Assembly (NCBI GenBank): GCA_977030845.1
Contig: OZ365115.1
Location: 28,830,001-28,894,000 of the forward strand
Reading direction: 5' to 3'
Length of the DNA stretch: 64,000 bases
Source of the DNA: Fimbriosthenelais zetlandica
Lineage: Eukaryota
The position numbers were made by a program, and so were the translations under genes. Shown piece after piece: positions 46,801-57,860 of this stretch. The notes beneath the pieces were generated by a model, which was given only the letters and a program-made list of their open reading frames with translations, did not search any database and was not told the DNA's origin. Position 1 is the first letter of the stretch. Every line of letters begins with the position of its first letter.

Positions 46801-49523
46801 TATGGTCAGAGCAGAGCGTGAACTATGGGCCAGTATCTCCCATCTCCCTTGTATAGAATACGGCACTCCCCCAATCAAAAAATCACTCCCACTATCCTCC
46901 TTGTCAAGATCGAACCATTAATTGTTCATATGTATGGTTAATCGCACCAATATCAGAATAGATTTCTATTCTTGTGGATCACACTTTGAAGTCAAAGTCC
47001 ATTTGGGGGGAAATTAAACTATAATGGGGAAAAGGTCAATGTGTGCTAAATATATCAGGTAACCTAGATCAGACCTTACTCTAAGATTAGACCATAATAA
47101 ATCTGGCCCTTTCACTTCTTCATTCAATATGAACACTTCAAGACATTCTTAAGTTAAACTATGCGATAAATTCTTAATGATTTAGCAAACGAATTATCTC
47201 AATTATGAACCTACCAGCACAAGATAATGAAAGGATAAATTAAAATCTCAGAGGTAATTTTTCTGTGAAAAAAATAATTGTCAGAACTACCAATGGTTCA
47301 CAATCCCCACACCCTTTCAGGATTACTTTTTGTCCTTCAAACACCTTAACCTTTTACATAGTCCCGAATCCGCCTCTCTTATACCCTTCCTACCCTTTGT
47401 CATTTAAAACTCCACGGTCCTAATGCACTGCATAAACAATGCCAAATGCTGGAGTAGGGTGCCAAACACATATGTCAGGCGAGGGTACCTCTCCATCCTC
47501 TGGCGCTTAGAACAAGGGAGAGGTCAAAATGTATGGAAATGCATGGTCTGTGCTCGCCTTTCCTTCGGGGTCCTATTGTTTCTTGACAATTTAGAATGTC
47601 ATCCAAAGTCTTTTTATTAGCATGGAGTGATTAAATAATTCGGATAGATTTGTCGTCAAAGATAGAAGAAAATATAGAAAGAAAATTCATTTTTTAAAGA
47701 TTGCTTTCAACGAACGAAAAAGGAAGAAAGGGAATCTAAAACAAAGTAGATATTTTATGAAGTATTTCCACCATGAATATATTATGCTCCTCTTTTATGT
47801 ATAGATTTCTTAAGACGTAGAATAACTACATGATAACATCAATTTTTTAACAAAAATCTTTTAGAACCAATTGTGTTTTGACAAAAACCATGTGCCCTTG
47901 ATGATATAGGCGGCTGTGACACATTTGTCTTTGAAATATTCCCGAAATGCACAAAAAAAAGGTTTAAAAACTTGATGTTTTGATACCAGTTTTTTCACAT
48001 CTTCAGAGTCTGAATCTTGTTGCGTGGCGTTGAAACAATCAGTTGTTATGGTGACAGTAGCCTTCCTGTCCTTCATACCCTCCTAGTCTTTCCCACCCCG
48101 CCCTCTCAGCTATAGTAATATTACACTCTAACTTGGCAAACCATCACTATAGTCTCTATCCCATGTCCCACTGATTTATATCCCATTGAACAGTATCCCT
48201 ACAATGGATCTTAGAATAGGTTTCATTCCCCTATTTATGTTTCGAAGTAGGATCTCAGATTTTATTCTTACAAGAAAATACCAAATATTTACACTTAACA
48301 ATACGTGTACTCCTGACCAATCAAAATATCTAAAATGAGTTTGTTACATGACTAAATTTATTTTCAAAGTTCATAAAACAAATGTATATAATTTTCATGA
48401 AAGTCGACCAATTTTCTTGGGTAAATTTCTGCAGATTTTAAGAAATATACAAAAGATAGATTATTGCCACTAAGAAGTATCTAAAATATAATTATCACCC
48501 AAAATAAGCAATTTTTACTGTTTATATTAACAGGTTTTCGTAGTGGGTGGACCTGGCATCTTGTTTTCATTCCTTCTATGGCAGCATCCTGCCACCAAGC
48601 TGGGGATTAGGAGAGAGAGGAGTCGTACTTACATGGTAACACTATTCTACCCAGGTACATCCCATATTGATCCGCTTATTCTGCTCACCTTCAACTAATC
48701 TGCTTGACGAACGTGGTAAGAATGCGACCTATTTATATAACGCCTCAAAAATCACAACAAATAGGCACAAAAATCACTACAATATTTGTCTAAACGTAAA
48801 AAGAAGCCATGATTTGGAGCCATAATCATAAATCCTAACCAAGAAAATATTTGTATAGCTTACAGAATGAGGGATGTCATTTGAAGGGATTTATATGGAT
48901 TTGAATTAAAATAATTTGTAGCCGATGCCGATCAGATGTAGGTAATAAAACTTTTTTCTTAACTGCCAGACCAGATTTTAAGATACCGGTAATGGGGGGA
49001 TGAATAAATAACAAATTGAATGAATGATAGGTTACAATGTGAAAGAACTTTTTGCGATATTACTTTTTCATTTAATTGATGTGGAAAAATACTGGCCTAT
49101 GGACCATTAATTAGAAATTTAACTTTTACAGATGCATTTTTAAGTTACTGAACAATTTATTTTGATGACTAATATGGCAAGACTAACTAAGAACATATTC
49201 GCAAGTATGACAGACTTCCTAGGAAGGGGGGAATGTGTATTGATAAGTATGGACATATTGCCTCTTCATTCCTGGGCCATAAATTGATTAGAGTACTACC
49301 AATAATCAATGTAGGCTATAGATAGTCTAGCCCGGTGAGCAGATGTCTCTACCATTAACTCTCCCTTATCAGAATATGAGAGTGGAGGGCCTATCAATAG
49401 TCTGCTGCTTCCAACCAATGGTCAATATTTGGTCAGGGTATCAAGAGGGGGTGGGAGGGGGGGGGGGGGGGCAGGGGGGAGGGGGTTCAAAATGTACACA
49501 ACCCCCGTCATGCGGTCTTTGTT

Positions 49524-49536
49524 CGCCATCTGGTGG
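49524..49536 (-). promoter_or_regulatory. CTCF-like motif
   Basis: CCACCAGATGGCG on the minus strand. Confidence 0.4.
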
Positions 49537-52500
49537 GACGCGGTCGAGTGACTTTTGTCTTCGTCCGAGTAGATGATAATGCCCTTTTTGTGTTGAATGA
49601 AACCAAGCTTTGATGGAACGATACCAAGTTTTGCTTTTCTTTTGTCATGCTTGTCAAAGATTGATTAATTGGAAAATGCGAGTGATGAGAATTAATCCTT
49701 GGTGGTCGTTCGTAATGGGTTCAACCAACGTTTGAGGATAGACTCAGGGCCCTGGATCTGAGCTTCCGTCTCCATGGTCGCTTTTTATTGTCATTCCATC
49801 AGAATACCAGAGTGAAATGGAGATAAAATTAGAAGCAGGATATAATTATTTTGAGGTTTGAAAATATCTAAAAATACTGAAATAAAAACAGAAAAAAGGA
49901 GGATTACTTGAGGGGACCAACGGGGAAGGAATCGTGAAATTTTTCTTTTTTTAAATTTAAAGGGGAAAGTTGTGGGACATTGAAATTAATATGAAGCCTA
50001 TTTTTGTAGATATAATATTTGCTATGCCTTCTATAAACTTCCCAGTCCCTATCTATCACTGCCACCTCTGCTATATCCTCCATGATATTTAGATAGGGTC
50101 CTCGTACTATATATAAAGGTCAATTTTGTGTTTTAGAATCGCAAAAGGCACTCTCCGTACCCTATAGGAAATACAATGACATTTCATGACAAATAGGTAA
50201 AGGCACAAAGCCAGTGGTTAGGTGACTATTGTGTCTAAATAATAGACTTTAGACTATCGTGGAAATCAGAGTAATTGCTCCCTGCCTTCTTCGTGTGTAA
50301 ACTAACTTTAGGGCTGTCAGAATAAAAAAAAAATTAGTCCCTGAAGCCCAAACATGTCAGGTCTAAACACTGCTGAGAACATTATCCAGTACAAACAGTG
50401 GAATGCCCCGCAACGACAGACCCTTGTTCTGCTTTACTTCTGATAGCTCTAGATAGGTTAGTTGTTGAGGGATTTGGGGTGGGGGTTATGGGGGTGCAGG
50501 GGCGAGGGGGCGAGGGGGGGGGGGTGATCAGGGGATGTGTTAAGCCCCATGGGTGAATGGGGATTAAGAGGTCATTGGCATTAGGGGTGGAATAGCCCCC
50601 TCATGTGGAATTATCATAATTAATGATTTATGAAATAATTATCATTGGGCCGTTTAATAATGGATGAAGTTAGGTTCGCTGAGTAGGGTGACCTCAATGC
50701 TTCCCTGACTTCATATTGGGCTCAATTAACCATAAAAATGGAAGAAAATGAGCAAGAAAGAGGTCAATATTATGATATTTTAAAAATTATAATCCCGTAT
50801 ATAGTGAGTTGAGGTTAAAATATACATGTATGTGGTTAAATTATCCAATAGTGGTTCTTTGTTTGAAACTTATGTTTTATAAACGGTTCGTTTCACCCTC
50901 ATTTTATGGTATAATTATTTTTAATTTTTCTTGTTTTGGAGTATTTTTAGTACTTTAGAACCCCCATCCCTCTCATTCATAAAGTACACTAAGCACATTA
51001 TGCGCTTCAGTGCCCCAGCTGACCTGACATGTTATGAATCATATATAAACCCAGCCCTGCTCCTCCTCAACTCCCACATGTAACAATACCTCTACCCACA
51101 TGGCCTCCTCATAATGAAAACCTTTGTTTTATGTAACAGTCACATTTAATAATACACCCCTCTGTCAGCTCTATGGGAAACGGATGTCGACTGATACTAT
51201 AGGTCCCCACACGCCTCTGACAAGTGGGGACTTGAGTATGTGCTCTTTATCATTTGCCTTCAGCATTCAACCCCTTCCCTCCCCTTCCCTCCCGCTTCCT
51301 CTCGCAATCCCACCCATTGTTTGCAATGTGGTTGATATTTATTAATACAGACGTGTGCCTATTGTATCATAGTGCATTCATTATCTGATATACGGATAAA
51401 TTATGCCACACGTACTACAGATATTTCTGAGTCATGGAGATTGTATAGGCTCTTTACAACCAGTCATAGGTAAATATATTAATTATTGTATATTATCTGA
51501 AGCATAATTGATTATCGTATATGATCTGTATTGTAACTTCCTAGGTGTTATAACTATTGATTTATATGATAGAAGACAGATTTCTCAAAAGAATATAATG
51601 CATTATGAATATGTCTACATTGCCCTTGTACAACCTAAAAGGGACGAAGTGTTCCCCAATATATCCATTATATACCAGAGGAAATATAAATGACGTTCCC
51701 AGTGCTCTGAAAGCACCTCTCGCCTTTTATAAATTGGCTTGGTAGTCACTAAGTAGACATATAATGCCTAAATTCATTGGTTTATAAGTCCCTATGAAAT
51801 ACCTGTTGTGTAGGCACCATAGTACTACCAAATGGGATTATGGCACCAAGAGTGGTCTGGTTTCCATGCTCGTTTCCAAGGTTACTCTCAAAATTAATAT
51901 AAGAGAAATACCTGGGAAGATAGTCATCTCTGTTGGCATGGATCTTAAAGCATTAAATTCCCCCTGTCACAATGCCATACTTACTGTAGCCAAGAGATGA
52001 GGAGAGAGACAAATGGTCGTCACTGGCCTGCCAACAGAGCCTGTCATGACAGACCAAAATAATGACAGGACCAAAATAATGAGCAACTGGTGGACAGATC
52101 TTCCTATTCCTCACATAACTCGTTATCCTGGATTTATTTCATTGATAAATTTCCCATTTTGGCTCATAGATCTGTAAAATGGTTTTTTGGGCCATTAACT
52201 TAAAGTTGAATATTATTCTTTGTTTGGATGAATGCGCAGATATAAATGATAGGAAAAAAGGCTGGAAAATTAATAATACCATATGAAACTTTGATGAGCC
52301 CGAAGGAATTTTTAACTGACAGGAATGGGATTTGTTCTGAAAAATAGTTTTAAACTTTTCTTTGATGTGGTTATGAGAAACATTTTAGATCCCAATCTCT
52401 GGATCTTTTGAGAAGTTTTACTATAGAAGTCAGTGACATACTCTGGGAATTGGGAGTTGGCGAGAAAGGCCGTAAAATGAGATAAACTATACTGATGACT

Positions 52501-53241
52501 TGAGATAAGTCACTCTCTGGATGAAGTACTTCTAAATATAATAGAGATCTTTCTATTACTATTCGCCATACTATATTAGGCCAGAATAAGTGGTCTCAAC
52601 ATTGGACTATGATTTATAGCTTTCTAAATAAAGATCCGTATTGACTTGTTCCATATTACTCCTCCATAAAATAGGTTATTCTTATATCCATGCAGTTTCC
52701 CTCTAGAGTTTGTTACATATATTTTTCTTTTTCATTACCAATTTAATCCTTGAGTGAAAATCAACCCAGCTGTGATCAAAGGGAAGATTGCTCTCCATTG
52801 AAAAGTTTTGATTTGATGTTGATCGCCCTTGGATAAAAATATAGGATGATATACCAAAACTGTCAGGTGTAGATCACCTCTGGAATCTTGGGAATTTCGA
52901 TGGCATTTTAACCGGACTACCTCCTATATATAGTGTATTAAATTTCAGATATAACTAAGCCTATTTAACTGAGATATATTAAATTTCATAAATTTATTCA
53001 TTCAAATGACATCCAACCAGTACCAAGAAATTTTGCAACTTTTTTATGTGAAAATCTTTTCAATATTATAGAATCTGGGGTCTGTTCTTGAAGAGATTCA
53101 AGCAACATTAAAATGTAACATAATATCCAAGTTTAATAAATATTATATCTAGAATCTGGGATCTACTTGAAGATATTTTAACAACATAAATGTTAACACA
53201 GTTTCCCAATTTCATTAGATCTTTTAATCTTGCTGATCTTT

Positions 53242-53647
53242 TAATCCTGTTCTCTCGATCCTATTTCAGGTTTTATTTCCGCAGTATTAGCCTTAATCCT
53301 GCCATCGCTCTTCAGGGATTAACCCTTGACTGACCACACGTCCACATGCCTGACCAGTCATAGGATTATCATCACATCTGTTATATACTGTCCTAGATTA
53401 GGATTATTGGATTAAGGACCCTTAGAGTGAATACAAGGACAATCAAAGTGTGAAACTTGAGACCTTTTTCAATGATAGTGTCTCTCCCATGTGCTTCACG
53501 CTTGTTGAGTTACCATGGAAACCAGAAAGCATGCCTGAGACCAGCGTCATGATGCGAGGACTAACATGAGGATTAAGAAGGATTTACATACGTCTAGGAT
53601 TACGTTAATACGGACTGGAGTACCTCATTCAGCCTGCTAGACTAAAG
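53242..53647. promoter_or_regulatory. Enhancer/promoter-like module: seven TAATCC (K50 homeodomain, Otx/Pitx-type) sites plus an X-box
   Basis: TAATCC/GGATTA at 53242, 53294, 53316, 53363, 53401, 53409, 53570 and 53597 (eight hexamer hits, two adjacent at 53401/53409 counted as one site). GTTACCATGGAAAC at 53509-53522. Possible donor AAG|GTGAGG after 53647. Confidence 0.5.
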
Positions 53648-53895
53648 GTGAGGTCTCATTTACCCCTTTATGGATTTTTCCTACTTTTGTAATAGTTCTC
53701 AATAATATAATCCCGATGTGGAAAAATGAACAATTTTTATATAAATTTATTTGGCACGTTTTACCCTTTTATATAATGAAACACATTCTATCACATAAAA
53801 TATTTTTTACAAAATTTTGATGATGGGAAATCAGGACAAGTTTTTAATGTAAATTCGACCTTTAATGTACACTCATGTCTTGAAACCTTTGTAAA

Positions 53896-53923
53896 ACCTT
53901 AGAGTAAAATTTTACTCTAAGGT
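53896..53923. repeat. Perfect 28-bp palindrome
   Basis: ACCTTAGAGTAAAA|TTTTACTCTAAGGT. Confidence 0.9.
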
Positions 53924-54599
53924 AAAGCATTATTCAAGGCCTCTAATTTGTCTTGCAAAACCTTTTAAAAAAAGTTTAAGACTGGTAGATTTGGTTTCCC
54001 GAGATTTCTTTGTTGGGAATGAAATTTCAGGTTTTGAAACTGGCAGATTTTATGGATTTGTGTATTTTATGATAACAAGTTTAGCCGTTGAAATGTTGAT
54101 GAAAAAGAGAGGTATAGTAGAAAGGATGCGGGTTCCTTGTGCAAGATGTTCACACTTCATCATGAAAGTTGAACTGCAATGTGTAGTGCTCTCTGCACGT
54201 GCCTCCAGCCCCCAACACTCTGTTTCACCTGGCCCTCATTCAGGCCTGAGGTGCTTCTACCCACTTTAGCCTGATAAAAACTGGGCAAGAAATATTTAAG
54301 AGCAAGCCCCAATATTCAACTAAAAGACCCAACATGTTCTTGCTATTCCTTCCAACCTTCTGTCTCATGCAGAATCTCGTAAATTCATGCATTTTAACTA
54401 TTTTTATTTATCCAGGGAAATTATTATTACAGTAAAAAGAATAAAAACGAGGTCGGGTAAAGTAAAATAATTGAATTTAAAAAGAACCAGGTTTTCCCCT
54501 CTAACATATATGCATTTTATTCATTGGTCTAGCCTATTAATATAGGCTATATCTTAATCATTAGTCTAGAATATTATATCCTATTCATCGGTCTTACTC

Positions 54600-54800
54600 A
54601 TCTAGGTCTACATCTTATTCATTGGTCTATTATGAATCTTATTCAGTGGTTCGAGATATGTCATTCTTGATATTAGACCTTGGTAGACCTTGATGAGTTG
54701 TATTGCTGGTATCGCTTTGGCCTCGTTGAAAAGACAAAGAGACAAGTCTGAGAGATAGACAATACACCTAGAGCCCCTCCTGAGGCTGCACAATGAGTGA
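54600..54800 (-). mobile_element. Decayed CR1/L2-type LINE ORF2 3' end
   Basis: Interrupted translation ALGVLSISQ...THQGLPRSNIKNDISRT resembles the H..H..LP....Y.LR tail of CR1/L2 ORF2. Confidence 0.3.
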
Positions 54801-56661
54801 TGTAATACCTAGAAGGTAGAGATGATTAGATGTGATGTACTTTCCCCCATTACCCCTGCCGGCTCTTCACACAGAGAGAAGCTTCAGGGGGAATGACTGA
54901 AGGTCTGGTCTCGTTGGGTATAAGCTGTGCACTGTCTGCCAAGGCGATGAATATTTTATTGTGGCACAGGAAACGCCCACTGCAGTGGATGAAACAATAC
55001 ATTTATTGGACCCCTACTGCGTTATTTCAAGATGATTTCCCAAATAGTTAATTTCTCTAAATTTGATGGTCCCCTACACGGAGTATCCATCTCTACTAAG
55101 ACTGTATTGCAGGGTTGGTTATACTGGCTATTTGCCCCCATATTGAATGTGATATCTGGAGGAGTAAACATTTTGTTTGACAAATAGCCCTATGGATATA
55201 CTGAGGGAAGTGCTGGATAATATATACAGAATTCATGCTTGATAGAGGGTGAATACTGTCCATGTTTTTTAACGAAAGAAAGAAATGAAAAATTAATTTT
55301 CATTGGAGGTAGATGCTATGGGATGTATACCAAGAAATTGACCAGGGGCATAGAGGTTAAGTTTATTTTCAAATCTTATGTTCTATAACGTGGGGTTTTG
55401 GAGAAGTGCAGGTAAGATTAGTATGTGTTTATGTGCTAAACGGTTGTGTTTATTGGGAGGTAACTGCCTCACAGTCATCCCGTTAGGTCATCTTTTATAT
55501 GACCTGGCCAGGTCTGCCTTCTACACTCTGCTCCATTTGGCACCTGAGTTGGCTATATTCTGTGTCACTCTCAGTTCAGAGATGACCTCCATAGATTTAA
55601 CATGGGGAAGCCTATGCTATCTTGGATTGATGTTGTCAGAGGTTATAGATTGTGTTGGGACTTACAGGATAGATATAGTATCAAAGCTTTGCAGTAGTTG
55701 TTGTTTTGTCTGGCCTACTCCAGGGAAAAGACCTAGTTGCAAGAAGTGAAGAAATGTGGAAAATACAGAATGTATAAACGATGTATATAATATGAATATG
55801 AGTTGATCATTAACCTATTTTAGATCAGGGCCGGTCGATAAATGTTCGCCCGAGGCATTGAGGAAATTAATTACCAGTCATTCAAGCTTTATAGTCGTCA
55901 AATATTAATGTATGTTATACAAGAGGTGCTTCTCATATCCATATAATATACTGGCTGTCGTATAATGAGTCTATATATACAGCTGTTCCTATATTTAATA
56001 TACTATGAGCACCTGTTATGGTGTTTCATAACAAATCATGTACCAATCAGTCCTAGCTCCATCATTTGGTTCCCACGTATTTGAACTGAGGTCCTTTTTT
56101 TGTCAAAAAGGTCATATATTATCTAGTAGCTACTATGACGTCCCCACCCAACGTTCACCCTAGTTATATTCCCATGTTATCAAAAAATATATTGGCCTAT
56201 AATTTTATTCATTCATCCCCCTCCCCCTGCCCTCTTTCCCATCCAATCTTCCTAGATATTTTTCATTTTCAGCTTCATTTTTAATACCCCCTGCTACCCC
56301 CTATTCTATACCCCATACAGACTATAGCAATCTTCCCTTCTCTATAAAACTTTCTCTTTTCTTTCTTCGTTCTCGACTTTCTTTCATTCCTGACATTCCT
56401 TGGGAGCATCTATTTTCCGTTGACTTCCCTCCTATAAAGGGAATTCAGCTCTCAGCCTCTCTCAGCCACCACTTGTAGGGTCACAGTTTCTTTATGGTCT
56501 ATGCAATAAGTCCGGGATCTATTTCTCATCGATCCAAGAAGAAGCAGTACTCTCTTGATATTCTGTCTACCATAGACTAGCCACATCCCGTTGCTGCTTT
56601 CTGTTGAAGTGCACTTATATCCCTTGAAACTCCAGGTAACTCTATTACACAGATTGTCAGA

Positions 56662-56890
56662 TTTATAGACTGCAAAAAGGCCTTTGACACTCCCATCAGG
56701 ACATACTTTTGAACAAAACTGATGATGCTAGCTTGGCCAACACCCCCTGAAGCTATGTATTATAATAGGTTTTATTAACAAATTCTTTGCTAATAAAACC
56801 TATCTCACTCAACGAATATTCGTACTGGGGTCCCACAGGGTTGTGTTTCTGTTCGATTCCTGTTCCTAATTTCCATGAATAACGTACTGG
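56662..56890 (+). mobile_element. Decayed LINE reverse-transcriptase core fragment
   Basis: FIDCKKAFDT (56662-56691), frameshift, HQDILLNK, then RTGVPQGCVSVRFLFLISMNNV (56821-56886). These match the RT motifs D.KKAFD..H..LL.KL and GVPQG....LF...ND. Confidence 0.7.
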
Positions 56891-56989
56891 CAGCCTCTGG
56901 TGTTCATTGATTTACTTTACTCTGAGTCCAAGTCATTTTACTAAGTTATAAGACAGTAGATACAAGAACTTGTATTAGGACGTGTTGCC

Positions 56990-57260
56990 CATTTGATTAC
57001 CAAAAGCAAACATTTCTGTTGCATTACTTTCTAAATCTTGGTAAATCAAGAAAAATACCCAGGTCTTTGGCAAGTCGGTGTCTATAAGTAAGAAGCTTTC
57101 CATGCCTGGTGTTTATGGGCCATACTCTAATGTGGTCAACCAATGGGCCATCACTTTTCACTTCTAACAATAGGAGGTCGTTTAAAACGACATTAACCCT
57201 AAACTTGTTAAGCGGAACCGTACGGAACATTGAGCACGGATAATGGATGGAGGGAGCTGT
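56990..57260 (-). mobile_element. Decayed CR1-type LINE ORF2 C-terminal fragment
   Basis: RFRLTSLGLMSF, then DLLLL...NTRHGKLLTYRHRL in another frame, resembling RL..LGL.SL..RR.DL...TRGH..KL. Confidence 0.45.
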
Positions 57261-57371
57261 CACTCAACAGATCAACGAGACTATAGCTCAGACCTGACTC
57301 TCTGCCCTCTACTACAGGGGGATTAATGCTCAGGCTACATCCTCCAATATCTAGTTTCTTGTTCCTATACT

Positions 57372-57584
57372 CTCTCGTTTCTACTCTTGTCTCTCCCTCT
57401 CTCTCTCTCTACATCTTCTCTCCCTTCCCTCTCTTTCTCCTTCATCTCTATTTCACTCTCCCCCTCTCCTGAACTCTCTCCCTCCCTCTTCTCTATCTCT
57501 CTTTCACTCTGTCTCTCTCTCTCTCCCTCTACCTCTCCTATGCCTAATTGCCTTTCTCCTATCTCTTTCTCTCCCTCTTCTTAC

Positions 57585-57645
<61 letters not shown>

Positions 57646-57860
57646 CTCTATTTTTTTTCACTCCCACCTCTCACTATATCTCTCCTCTCCCTCCTCGGCC
57701 TCTCACTCTGTCTCTGTCTTTCCCCCTCATTCTGTTTCTCCTTTCCCCTTTTCTCAATGTCTGTCCTCCCTCTCCTCCACTTCTCATTTCTGCTACAATT
57801 CCTCTCCCTGGTCTTCTACTCATATCTGCCTCCTCTATCTCCATCATTTCCCCCTTCATT
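57372..57860. repeat. Long polypyrimidine tract containing (CT)27 at 57589-57642
   Basis: Direct inspection; explains the Ser/Leu/Pro-rich ORFs 57387..57998, 57548..57865 and 57757..57954. Confidence 0.95.
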
